NCBI GenBank assembly: GCA_028688415.1
Contig: JAQTYF010000001.1
Coordinates: 208,627 to 272,626 of the forward strand
Direction of reading: 5' to 3'
DNA length: 64,000 bases
Origin: Candidatus Moraniibacteriota bacterium
GTDB taxonomy: Bacteria > Patescibacteriota > Minisyncoccia > Moranbacterales > UBA1568
The notes under the pieces are model-generated. The model did no database searches. It saw only the letters and a program-made list of their open reading frames with translations, and had not been told where the DNA came from. Positions within the stretch are counted from its first letter, which is position 1. Each line of letters opens with the position of its first letter. Below are positions 9,025-17,920 of this stretch, in pieces. A program made the translations under genes and the position numbers.

Positions 9025-10117
9025 ATGAGTACTATGAAAGAAAAAATAGCAGTTCTTCAACAAAAACTCCTGCAGTTGCAGGAATGTCTTTGACTTCGAG
9101 AAAAAAGATATTCGTAGAAAGGAGCTCCGTCTGCAGAGCGAAGCGCCAGGATTCTGGAACGATCCTCAGTCGGCTGGTCTCGTGATGCAAGAACTCGAAT
9201 CCCTCGAGAAAGAACGTTCTTCTTTTGCACAGTTTGAAAAAACTGTCGGAGAGACGAATGACATTGCATCCCTCGAGAATCTCTCTTCGGAAGATGAAAA
9301 AACGCTTGAGGAGGAATATCTCTCGATAGAACAGACATTCGCAGAGTGGGAGCTCAAAACCTTGCTCGGAGGAGAATATGACGATAAAGACGCTCTCCTG
9401 ACTGTCCGGAGTGGGGCAGGCGGTGTCGATGCCCAGGACTGGGCTGAGATGCTGTTTCGTATGTACTCTGCGTATGCGAGCAAACAGGGATGGAAGACAC
9501 GTCTCCTCGATGAATCTCGTGGCACTGAAGCAGGGATTAAAAGCGCCACTATGGAAATAAGCGGGAGATATGCATACGGATATCTCCATGGAGAAGCAGG
9601 CATTCACCGTCTCGTGAGACTCTCGCCATTTAATGCGAATAGTCTGAGACAAACATCGTTTGCCTCCATCGAAGTGATGCCGATCATCGATGAGAAAGGA
9701 ATGATCCCGATCAAGTCCGATGAACTCCGTATTGATACGTATCGATCCTCAGGTGCTGGTGGACAGAATGTCAACAAGACAGAGAGTGCTGTCCGTATCA
9801 CTCATATCCCGACAGGTCTCGTCGCTGCATGTCAGAGCGAGCGTTCTCAGCTCCAGAACAAAGAAGAAGCGATGAAGATGCTTCGTTCAAAAATGGTACA
9901 AAAACACATTGAAGAACAAGCGGAAGCAAAACGGAAACTCCGAGGTGATTTCAAGAGTGCTGGCTGGAGCAATCAGATCCGCTCATATGTCATCCATCCC
10001 TATACCCTCGTCAAGGATCATCGTACCGATACAGAAACGAGCGATACGACCAGAGTGCTCGGTGGTGATCTGCAGATGTTTATCGAAAGCGAACTCCGTT
10101 ACTTACAACTGTATTAA
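9025..10117 (+). CDS. prfB: peptide chain release factor 2, with programmed +1 ribosomal frameshift
   Basis: Frame 0 from ATG 9025 (or 9034) reads ...LQLQECL then in-frame TGA at 9091. The +1 frame continues DFEKKDIRR... into the 311-aa ORF containing SPF and GGQ motifs. Confidence 0.9.
9079..9094 (+). promoter_or_regulatory. prfB autoregulatory +1 frameshift site (CTT TGA C with upstream SD-like AGGA)
   Basis: cAGGAatgtCTTTGAC; identical slippery/stop context to the classical RF2 frameshift site. Confidence 0.8.
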
Positions 10118-10151
10118 ATTAAAAAAAAGACATTTCATAAATATAAAAAAT

Positions 10152-10853
10152 ATGTCCGATCAAGAGCCTATTATTCGTTTCGAAAATGTGACCAAGGTAT
10201 TTTCTGATGGTATTACTGTGCTCGATAATATCAATCTGTCATTCCGACCAGGAGAATTTGTTTCTCTCGTGGGATCGAGTGGTGCTGGAAAATCGACTCT
10301 TCTCAAACTCATTTACGCTGAAGAAGTTCCGACTCAGGGAGAGGTCTATTTTCGAGGACGATCTATCAGTGGTATCAATCGCAAACATCTTCCATTTTTC
10401 CGTCGCGATATCGGAACTGTTTTTCAGGATTATAAACTTCTCCCCGCGAGAACTGCATTCGAGAACGTTGCATACGCACTCGAAGTTGATGGTAGGAGTA
10501 CGGCAGAGATCAATATCGAAGTGCCGGAGATTCTCGAAATCGTTGGTCTCGGAGACAAAATGCACAAATTTCCGAAGCAACTTTCTGGAGGTGAACAACA
10601 GCGTGTTTCTCTCGCGAGAGCCCTCATCCATCGCCCGAGAGTGATCATCGCCGATGAACCGACAGGGAATCTCGATCCTGTTTCAGCTGATGAAATTATT
10701 CAACTTCTTCTCGAAATCAATTCATTTGGTACGACTGTTCTCCTCGCGACACATAACAAAGGCATTGTCGACAAAATAGGAAAACGCGTTGTCCTTATCA
10801 ATAAAGGGCAGGTCATCCACGATGCAGACAAAGGAAAATACATTCTGAGTTGA
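10152..10853 (+). CDS. ftsE: cell division ATP-binding protein FtsE
   Basis: Walker [13 protein letters not shown] signature [15 protein letters not shown], Walker [13 protein letters not shown]; start [13 protein letters not shown]. The listed ORF extension overlaps prfB. Confidence 0.85.
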   Translation: MSDQEPIIRFENVTKVFSDGITVLDNINLSFRPGEFVSLVGSSGAGKSTLLKLIYAEEVPTQGEVYFRGRSISGINRKHLPFFRRDIGTVFQDYKLLPARTAFENVAYALEVDGRSTAEINIEVPEILEIVGLGDKMHKFPKQLSGGEQQRVSLARALIHRPRVIIADEPTGNLDPVSADEIIQLLLEINSFGTTVLLATHNKGIVDKIGKRVVLINKGQVIHDADKGKYILS

Positions 10854-10962
10854 AGATACAGGATAGGTGATGCAGAACAAAAGAGAAAAAGCACCTATCA
10901 ATTCCTTCATTCTTGTTCTCAATATCTCTCATCTCTTATCTCTTATCTTTTATCATCAACAT

Positions 10963-11877
10963 ATGAAAATGCTCAAGCTCTGGCGCACCTTCAAAGAAGG
11001 AAAAAATAATTTCTTTCGTAATGGTTGGCTGACATTTGCGACAGTGAGTATTCTGACTTTCTCGCTTTTTATCGTCGGACTTTCTCTCTTGCTCGGTATC
11101 ACATCGCAATATATTTTGCAGAATATGCGAGAGAAAGTGAGTATCAATGTTTCTTTCAATCCTGATGTGAGTGAAGAACGGATACTCGCCATCAGAGAGA
11201 AACTCGCACAAGCCACCAAAGAAATTGCCTCTGTCGAATATATTTCTCGCGATGCAGCACTCGAACAGTTTCTCGAGGAGAGTGGCAACGACCCGACTAT
11301 TGTCCAAGCACTGAAAGAAATCGGGGAGAATCCGCTCTTTGCTTCTCTCGTGATCAAAGCGGTACAACCTGATCAGTATGCACTCATCGTCAGTGAGATG
11401 CAGAAATCGACATTCCAGAATGATATCAGTCGTATCAATTACGAAAAAAACAAAAAAATATTTGAGCGTCTCGATCGTATGGGAACGATGACGAGCAAGG
11501 CTGGTCTGGCACTCGGAGCAATATTTATTTTCATTGCCATTCTGATCACGTTCAATGCTATCCGTATCACCATCTATTCTCATCGTCAGGAGTTTGAAGT
11601 GATGCGTCTCGTCGGTGCTTCGAATATCTATGTCCGTATGCCGTTTGTTTTCGAAGGAGCACTCTACGGTTTTGTTGCGAGTGTTCTCTCGATTATTACG
11701 CTCTACGGTATGGCCTACTATATCGCTCCATTTACTGATGGTTCTATGAATATGGGAAATATGCTAGATGTTTTTCTTGGGTATTTTTGGTACCTTTTTG
11801 TAGGATTGATAGTACTCGGTATCACACTCGGTGTTGTGAGTAGCACCCTCGCTATCCGTCGTTATCTCAAAGCATAA
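10963..11877 (+). CDS. ftsX: cell division permease-like protein FtsX
   Basis: Lies immediately downstream of ftsE. N-terminal RNGWLTFATVSILTFSLF, a large extracytoplasmic loop, and 3 C-terminal TM segments. Confidence 0.8.
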   Translation: MKMLKLWRTFKEGKNNFFRNGWLTFATVSILTFSLFIVGLSLLLGITSQYILQNMREKVSINVSFNPDVSEERILAIREKLAQATKEIASVEYISRDAALEQFLEESGNDPTIVQALKEIGENPLFASLVIKAVQPDQYALIVSEMQKSTFQNDISRINYEKNKKIFERLDRMGTMTSKAGLALGAIFIFIAILITFNAIRITIYSHRQEFEVMRLVGASNIYVRMPFVFEGALYGFVASVLSIITLYGMAYYIAPFTDGSMNMGNMLDVFLGYFWYLFVGLIVLGITLGVVSSTLAIRRYLKA

Positions 11878-11988
11878 TATTTTTCCCTTCTTCCGATACG
11901 CCGATAGGACCACTCTTGACGAAAGGGTGGTTTTATTGTATTTTGAACTGTCCTGTTGTTTAACAATTTCTTTTGAAAGGAGATTACT

Positions 11989-12678
11989 ATGCTTACCTGT
12001 GTAATAGATATACTCAGACAGCATCAGGAAGATCCTGGGCTGTTTGAAAAGGTTGTCCGTGGTACATTTGCATATGGCAGTCCGCAGATGCAATTGATGG
12101 CAGATGCGCGACTCATCGCTACTGAGGCACATCGTTTCGATACGCGCTACAGCGGTGAAGCCTACGTCCGTCACGCTGAGCTGGTAACGGTCATCGATAT
12201 GGAGTATCTCGGATGTACCGATCCCGTTGAGCTTGCCAGCGATCTCACTCACGATGTCGGCGAAGATCATGGAGAACAATGGCCGATCTATCGGATCGGC
12301 GAAAGACTTGGCAAAGAAGTCGCGGAAACTGATGACTGGGTCAACCGGCGACGGTTTGATTATGTGAGGGATGTATCGGAAGCCAAACGGCTTTTCTTTC
12401 ATAACCTGCTGTTCGTAGCACCGCTACGTCCCATCCGGGTTAAGCTATGTGATCAGCTGCACAATGGATTGACCCCATGGAACCTTGATGACGAGGCCTG
12501 GGTTGGACGAAAAGTCCATGACCTTCGGGAATATTACATTCCTATGGCCAAGAAGGTTGGTGTTCTCTATCGAGAGCTCATAGAAGTGACCAGGGCCTTG
12601 GAAAATGGTATCTGTCTCTTACCACCGGTTTCAATACCGCAGAATGTCAGTTCGACTCACAGTGCCGGTCTCGGATGA
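11989..12678 (+). CDS. HD-domain protein, RelA/SpoT-like small alarmone hydrolase candidate
   Basis: RYSGEAYVRHAELV and LTHDVGEDHG match the (p)ppGpp hydrolase HD motifs (RxSGEPYxxHP, HDVVED). Noticeably higher GC than its neighbours. Confidence 0.55.
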   Translation: MLTCVIDILRQHQEDPGLFEKVVRGTFAYGSPQMQLMADARLIATEAHRFDTRYSGEAYVRHAELVTVIDMEYLGCTDPVELASDLTHDVGEDHGEQWPIYRIGERLGKEVAETDDWVNRRRFDYVRDVSEAKRLFFHNLLFVAPLRPIRVKLCDQLHNGLTPWNLDDEAWVGRKVHDLREYYIPMAKKVGVLYRELIEVTRALENGICLLPPVSIPQNVSSTHSAGLG

Positions 12679-12695
12679 ACCGGAAAAATGAAAAA

Positions 12696-12737
12696 GACCG
12701 CGGATTATCCTGATACAGGTGTCCGCGGTTTTCTCTT
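12696..12737 (+). terminator. rho-independent terminator
   Basis: GACCGCGGA...TCCGCGGTTTTCTCTT stem-loop plus T-run after the HD gene. Confidence 0.6.
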
Positions 12738-12777
12738 GAAAAAAAAATCGTTTTAGCGTAGAATAGGAAAACATTCG

Positions 12778-12806
12778 AAATGAAGACCCTTCTCTTCATT
12801 TTTTTG
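12778..12806 (+). terminator. hairpin + T7 run upstream of tRNA-Gln
   Basis: ATGAAGA cccttc TCTTCAT TTTTTTT. Confidence 0.45.
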
Positions 12807-12814
12807 TAGCCCAT

Positions 12815-12885
12815 TGGGGTGTGGCCAAGCGGTAAGGCAATGGGTTCTGGTCCCATGATCCTAGGTTCGAATCCTAGCACCCCAG
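12815..12885 (+). tRNA. tRNA-Gln (anticodon CUG)
   Basis: Acceptor TGGGGTG/CACCCCA (U1-A72 as in bacterial tRNA-Gln), anticodon arm ATGGG-TTCTGGT-CCCAT, T-arm CTAGGTTCGAATCCTAG, discriminator G. Confidence 0.85.
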
Positions 12886-14409
12886 CATTGTTGAACGATG
12901 AGAGGCGAGAGCCTCTTTTTTCGTTTCTATAGCGAGGGAATTCAGTTCGAAGGTACGTTTTCTCTCTGTCAGAGTCTCCACATCTTCACGAAGCCATAAG
13001 AAAGGATCATTAAGGTCGAAATACGCTAGCTTGCGGTCTTTCACGCCAATGTTCGAAGTGAAAACTTCTACGATATCTCGTTTCATTTCTTTCGTGCCGA
13101 GATTGAAGAGATTATGCGCTGTTTTTATGAAACGAACAGCCTGCTCGATCTCGTCTCCAAGTTCTGCAGTAGTATGTTTTGCGTTAGAGAGCTTCTCTTC
13201 GATATTTGCTTCTTCCATTGTGATTTCTGAATACTTTCTATCGTATATTTCTTTCGGCAGAGCATTATCGATAAACTTCTCGACCAGCGACTCTTTGCGT
13301 CGGCGTGTGTCTTCGAGTATATGGAGTAATCGCGCCTCCGTTTCTTTCGCGAGATTGTCTTCGCTTCTCAATTTCTCTTTCGATGCATCCACGATCAAAT
13401 CCAGTATCTCATCATCGAAATGAATCTTTTTCAATTCTTCTGCAATATGTTTCTCCAAATCTTCCTCTCGTGTGTATGGCTGAGAACATTGTCTCACGCC
13501 TTTGGACTTGGTACACCGATAATATGTGTGGCCTTTTTGTATTTCTGCCGTCACCTTGAGTCCACATTCACCGCATACGAGAAAGCCTCGATAGGTGAAC
13601 AATCGTTTCGTATGTTGCGTTTGCCATTTCTTTGGTTCGAGTCGTTTCGTCGCTTCTTCGAAAGTAGCGAGTGAAATGATTGGTTCGTGAACACCGTTAT
13701 ATACCTGTCCTTTCCATTTGAAGAGCCCAGCATAGACTGGATTCGTGAGGATTCTATACACAGTGCTTTTGCCGACCCTGTTGCCGAGACGTGAACGGAA
13801 TCCCTCTTCGTAGAGGGTATTCGCGATACTCTCAACAGAGAGATTATCCGAAATATAGAGATCAAAGACACGTAAAACAAAAGGGACGGCTTGTGGATCC
13901 TGAATCATCGCTTTTGTCTTATAGTCCGACATATAGCCGAAAGGACGTGGCCCAGGATATTCGCCTCGACGTACTTTCTCTGCCAATCCTCGTCTGACAT
14001 TCTTACTCAAATCACGGATGTACTGAGTCGCCATAGAAAACTCGATACTTGCCATCACGACGTTATCTTCTGGATTGTACTCTCGATCAAATGTTCGTAT
14101 CTGTTTGATTGTCTCATTCTGTAACATCCATTTCACCATTCCCTCATCGACAGGATTGCGCGCCAAGCGATCGATTTTCCAACAGAGTACTCCTTGTGCT
14201 TTCCCTTGTTGAATGAATTTCATCATCTCTGCAAAGACTGGTCGTCCGGGAGCTTTCGCAGATTTTGATTCTTGAAAAATTTTGATGACACTCAGACCTT
14301 CGCGTCTTGCGATTTCTTGCATTTCAATAATCTGAGATTGAATAGACAAAGATTGTCGATCTTCACTCTCAGTAGATTTTCTGGCGTAGATGATGTAGTG
14401 CATATTCAT
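12874..14409 (-). CDS. large serine recombinase (integrase)
   Basis: N-terminal resolvase catalytic domain (YARKST...), recombinase domain, zinc-ribbon cysteines (CGECG...CTKSKG) and a coiled-coil C-terminus. Its stop codon overlaps the tRNA-Gln 3' end. Start taken at M26/M28 of the listed ORF. Confidence 0.85.
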   Translation of the reverse strand: MNMHYIIYARKSTESEDRQSLSIQSQIIEMQEIARREGLSVIKIFQESKSAKAPGRPVFAEMMKFIQQGKAQGVLCWKIDRLARNPVDEGMVKWMLQNETIKQIRTFDREYNPEDNVVMASIEFSMATQYIRDLSKNVRRGLAEKVRRGEYPGPRPFGYMSDYKTKAMIQDPQAVPFVLRVFDLYISDNLSVESIANTLYEEGFRSRLGNRVGKSTVYRILTNPVYAGLFKWKGQVYNGVHEPIISLATFEEATKRLEPKKWQTQHTKRLFTYRGFLVCGECGLKVTAEIQKGHTYYRCTKSKGVRQCSQPYTREEDLEKHIAEELKKIHFDDEILDLIVDASKEKLRSEDNLAKETEARLLHILEDTRRRKESLVEKFIDNALPKEIYDRKYSEITMEEANIEEKLSNAKHTTAELGDEIEQAVRFIKTAHNLFNLGTKEMKRDIVEVFTSNIGVKDRKLAYFDLNDPFLWLREDVETLTERKRTFELNSLAIETKKEALASHRSTMLGC

Positions 14410-15551
14410 CAATTGAAAATATATCCGATGAGGAGGAATGTACCAAGACAAAGAAAGTACACAACGATTTCCATTGGACGCCATTTTGAAAAAGGAGGAG
14501 CTCCTTTGTAGCGGAAGTTTTTATGAGATAAATACATATTGCGCAAAACAAAAGGGCACCCTTCGTTGCACACAGATCCTTTCGGACACTGTACGAAGGA
14601 ATGCCCTTTCGTCGGAACAACTAAGAATAGTTGCTCCATGTGTCCGAAATATAAATCTGTGTGCATATACATAGTACAGTATTTTTAGTATTTTCTCCAA
14701 ATCCAAACTCTTTTTTCTCTGCCTCTTCATCGCCCGCGTCGCTTCCGCTCCTTCTTCGCTTCGCTCACTGCCCTGAGCAGGGCAGGCGGGCTTCGTCTCT
14801 GCCAGCTCTCCTCTCTCTACCTCTTCAAACTTCTCCCGACGCCCCCAACAAATGTCAGAGCTCGATTCGGTTTCTGCTTCTCACATCACCTCAGTCTCGC
14901 TCCGTCTTTCTTTCACCCATTATCGTTGTGCTCGGAACCATTCGAACATCGACTGGAATCAGGAGTGCCTCTTGTCCCTCTCCGCAGAAGACTCCTCTTC
15001 CTGACAGTAAGAGGAGACATCTGCTTCGTAATGGTGGACGAGACTGGCACTCCCGACCCATCCGACGTTCGCCTGCCGAGCACAGCAGATTTTATTGCGC
15101 GGAAAAATGAATGACACTCTTTCTCTTCCGACCCGTGTCCTCGTCGATATCAGGGTGGATACCCCCCGGCCACCCTTCCCTGATAGACGAAGGACAAAAC
15201 CGCACTCCCGACAAGCATCGCATAAGTGCAACCCCTATTATGCAACTCTCATCCCAGAGATGAGGTCGCATAATTGGCACTTATGCCGACGCGTATCGGA
15301 GAGGCGGTGGCGGGTCGGTGATGCCCTGTCATACTTTTCGGAGTACTTTCCGCGCACCCGAGACACCGAGCACTTGCATCTTCGCGTCGTTTCTATTGCT
15401 TCCTTTTTGGTGAGAGGAGTGGCTCCTTGCCAAATACCACCACGCCTCACCCGTTCCATTTTTTCCGCCCAGCAGATTTTTCATCCTCTCCATTTTTTCG
15501 CATCTCTTTGTGTTTTTCATTCTTCTTACTTCTTATATTGAAAAAGATTCT

Positions 15552-15689
15552 TTCTTTTTCGATTCGATCGATTTTTCTTTGTTTCGATGTCGTCCTTGTC
15601 GAACGACAACAGAAAAATCATGTGTCGTTCTCTTTTTTCGTTTCTTCTTTTTCGTATTTCTTCTTTTTCGATTCGATCGATTTTTCTTT
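15552..15689. repeat. iteron-like module: two identical 29-bp direct repeats flanking a 14-bp perfect palindrome
   Basis: ttctttttcgattcgatcgatttttcttt at 15552-15580 and 15661-15689. TTGTCGAACGACAA at 15596-15609. A very AT-rich tract follows (15690-15765). Confidence 0.5.
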
Positions 15690-15818
15690 AAATTAAAAAT
15701 TAGAATTACTTTTATTATTTAATTTTTCTTTTTAAATGCTTATTTTTTGTGCTCATTCTTGATACCATTTATTGGTGCAAGATATGCTCTCCGGTCGGTG
15801 TAATTGTTACACCTACCC

Positions 15819-16178
15819 CTATCTTTTCCTTTGTTTGATAAGAAGGATATATCTGTTTACCTTCCGTGAGTTTTTTGATGATCGTTCTACGCGAAGATAC
15901 CCGATTTCTTCTAATTCCCCAATAGCTTTAATGACAGTATTCTTCGCACAATTAGTTTCTGACGCGATTGTTCTTTGTGATGGATGACAATCTTCTTTTC
16001 CAGCGAATGTATGCATGACCAAATTACAATATACCAGTTTCGCTGGTCTAGTGAGCCGTTTGTCCAGAAGCACTTTATGTGGAATCATTGAAAACCCGAT
16101 TTCTCTCCATTTGTCACGAGAGTTTTTGATGTATCCTTCCATGCGATTTCCTCGATTGATTATGTTCTTTATCTCCAT
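15819..16178 (-). CDS. winged-helix HTH protein, phage/plasmid replisome-organizer N-terminal-like
   Basis: LVYCNLVMHTFAGKEDCHPSQRTIASETNCAKNTVIKAIGELEEIGYL matches the replication initiator/replisome organizer HTH pattern. Confidence 0.55.
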   Translation of the reverse strand: MEIKNIINRGNRMEGYIKNSRDKWREIGFSMIPHKVLLDKRLTRPAKLVYCNLVMHTFAGKEDCHPSQRTIASETNCAKNTVIKAIGELEEIGYLRVERSSKNSRKVNRYILLIKQRKR

Positions 16179-16198
16179 AGTGTTATGTTACTTTATTG

Positions 16199-16375
16199 AT
16201 TATTTTTTTGCTTATATATTTCCAAAAGCTCCAGCGCTATATTGCTGATTTTGGCAAATTGATCAAGAAATATTTCAGCTTGATCCTCAGTAATACTGAA
16301 ACCAGCGCGTTTCGACATTACACGTTGGCATCGCTTGATTAATCTATCGGAATATTTTCGTTGCATATTGATGGT
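16199..16375 (-). CDS. small hypothetical protein (58 aa), possibly co-transcribed with the HTH gene
   Basis: Manually read ORF MQRKYSDRLIKRCQRVMSKRAGFSITEDQAEIFLDQFAKISNIALELLEIYKQKNNQ, below the ORF-track size cutoff. No other support. Confidence 0.25.
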
Positions 16376-16536
16376 GAAATCTTATACAACTATTATTACA
16401 AACCCAATTTTTCAATTAATGAAAGTGTGTGTCGGTGGGATTTTGTGTTTTTTCAAGGCTATTTTTGGCATAATAAAAGGACTTTTTGAAAAAAGTCCCA
16501 CTAGATCCTGAAATACAATTTTTTAAATCCCACTTG

Positions 16537-17667
16537 CTACCTGAAAGTCATGAATATAATATTTTGTTTCTTATCAATCTTAAATTGAAAGTCTTTCAAT
16601 TTTTTATCTCTCTGCAGTTCACCACGGGTATTTTTTACAAAATTAAACCTTTCTGTGTGATTTAATTGCTTGCCAAAATTCACAGTGCTTATATTTAATG
16701 GCTCTTTACGAATATCTACATAGACTGCGTCTATATTTCTCCCATCTCCAAAATTTTTGACAAGACACTCGAGAAGTTTGAATTTTTGTGTATCTTTGCC
16801 ACCAATTTTTATAGCAACTTCTCCTGCTATCTGAAGAAAGCCGATCTTTTCCTTTATAAAACACGTTGGCGCCACCTTCCTTTTTACCGCTTTCATTCCA
16901 ATCTTTTTGAGGAATTTTTTCTGTAAATCAATGCTAACGAAAAAGCGCGATTCATCACGAGCGTTCTTTTCACTGCCGAGGCTATTGATTTTTACATCAC
17001 TGTTTTCTTCAAGCGCTAACATACAATCCAGCAGTCGAAAGTCCTCTCCAAACTCAAAATCTTTTAGTACCAGTCCCTCCCCGTATTTCTCATAGTCCGT
17101 CCGCGCTCTCTTTTCGAAGATTGCCTCATGGTCTGAAAAGTTGAGATATGCAATGTTTACTTTTTGCAGATTGTCTTCAGAAAACGCTTTGGCGTAGCTC
17201 TTAATAAAACTGTGGAGACCGTTTCTTGCTTTCTCTGTCATTGTAATTTTGAAATTAACACCACTAAATAACACGGCGGAAATTTTTTCTTGCTTTTGGA
17301 ACACTTCTTCTAAATCTGTAAGTGTAAATTTATTTTCAATGATTCTTTTTACAGACGTATATTTTTGTAATGGATCAGGATGGCACATTTGATAGAGATG
17401 CTCTTTTATTCCTTTTTTATCAGCATAGAAAAGTCCATATCGGTCAAATTCAAATTGCTTCAATTGTATTCCATAAGCGCTGTTTATTTGCGAGATTGTT
17501 TGAAAGACATAGAGCAGTGCGGGTTTTTTAAAATTAAAGAATTGTATTTCTTCAAAATCAAAACTCTTTTGTTCCCCGTATGGATAGTCGATCAATTTCA
17601 AGATAAGAAATAAAATATCCTCATCAATATAGGCTAATTTTTTTGTTTCTTTGGTGGCGCTTTTCAT
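16537..17667 (-). CDS. hypothetical protein (376 aa) of the mobile element
   Basis: Long ORF, AT-rich, no domain recognised. Its position next to the replication-like HTH and origin-like repeats suggests a replication or maintenance role. Confidence 0.45.
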   Translation of the reverse strand: MKSATKETKKLAYIDEDILFLILKLIDYPYGEQKSFDFEEIQFFNFKKPALLYVFQTISQINSAYGIQLKQFEFDRYGLFYADKKGIKEHLYQMCHPDPLQKYTSVKRIIENKFTLTDLEEVFQKQEKISAVLFSGVNFKITMTEKARNGLHSFIKSYAKAFSEDNLQKVNIAYLNFSDHEAIFEKRARTDYEKYGEGLVLKDFEFGEDFRLLDCMLALEENSDVKINSLGSEKNARDESRFFVSIDLQKKFLKKIGMKAVKRKVAPTCFIKEKIGFLQIAGEVAIKIGGKDTQKFKLLECLVKNFGDGRNIDAVYVDIRKEPLNISTVNFGKQLNHTERFNFVKNTRGELQRDKKLKDFQFKIDKKQNIIFMTFR

Positions 17668-17715
17668 ACTTGCTTATTCGTGGGGAAGTTGTAGACTAAT
17701 AGTAAGTCAAAAACT

Positions 17716-17913
17716 ATGAAGACGCAACAGAAGAAAATTGAAGAATATCCTGAAATTCTCACACTTGCAGAGGCGTGTGAGTTGTTAAATTGCCACCCGA
17801 ACACACTCCGCAATTGGGACAATAAAGGAATCCTGAAAGCGATCCGATTTGGGACGCGCGGTGATCGACGATACAAAAAAGAGGATGTGTTAAAAATTAT
17901 CAATAAGGATTAG
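17716..17913 (+). CDS. excisionase-family (MerR-like HTH_17) DNA-binding protein
   Basis: ILTLAEACELLNCHPNTLRNWDNKGILKAIRFGTRGDRRYKKEDV fits the excisionase/AlpA-type HTH signature. Confidence 0.65.
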   Translation: MKTQQKKIEEYPEILTLAEACELLNCHPNTLRNWDNKGILKAIRFGTRGDRRYKKEDVLKIINKD

Positions 17914-17920
17914 TAAGATT

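Noticed and set aside
9032-9652. Minus-strand ORFs (206, 145 and 93 aa) covering the prfB region
   Set aside because: They are antisense to a highly conserved RF2 coding sequence whose +1 frameshift structure is intact. They are typical shadow ORFs.
9909-10151. N-terminal extension of the ftsE ORF back to 9909
   Set aside because: The extension overlaps the 3' end of prfB in another frame. FtsE homology begins at [10 protein letters not shown] (10152).
10936-11583. 215-aa and 133-aa minus-strand ORFs inside ftsX
   Set aside because: Antisense to the FtsX coding sequence. No independent support.
12736-12764. Sigma70-like promoter TTGAAA-17-TAGAAT upstream of tRNA-Gln
   Set aside because: A hairpin+T-run terminator (12778-12806) sits between it and the tRNA, making the assignment ambiguous. 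Not reported as a feature.
14661-15541. Plus-strand ORFs of 149, 148, 89 and 70 aa and minus-strand ORFs of 90 and 62 aa in the GC-rich spacer
   Set aside because: They are low-complexity Ser/Pro/Arg-rich translations that overlap each other, with no RBS and no domain. The region is better explained as structured non-coding DNA or RNA.
15552-15689. Possible CRISPR array
   Set aside because: Only two repeat copies with a single 80-bp spacer-like interval, and no cas genes. It was interpreted as iterons instead.
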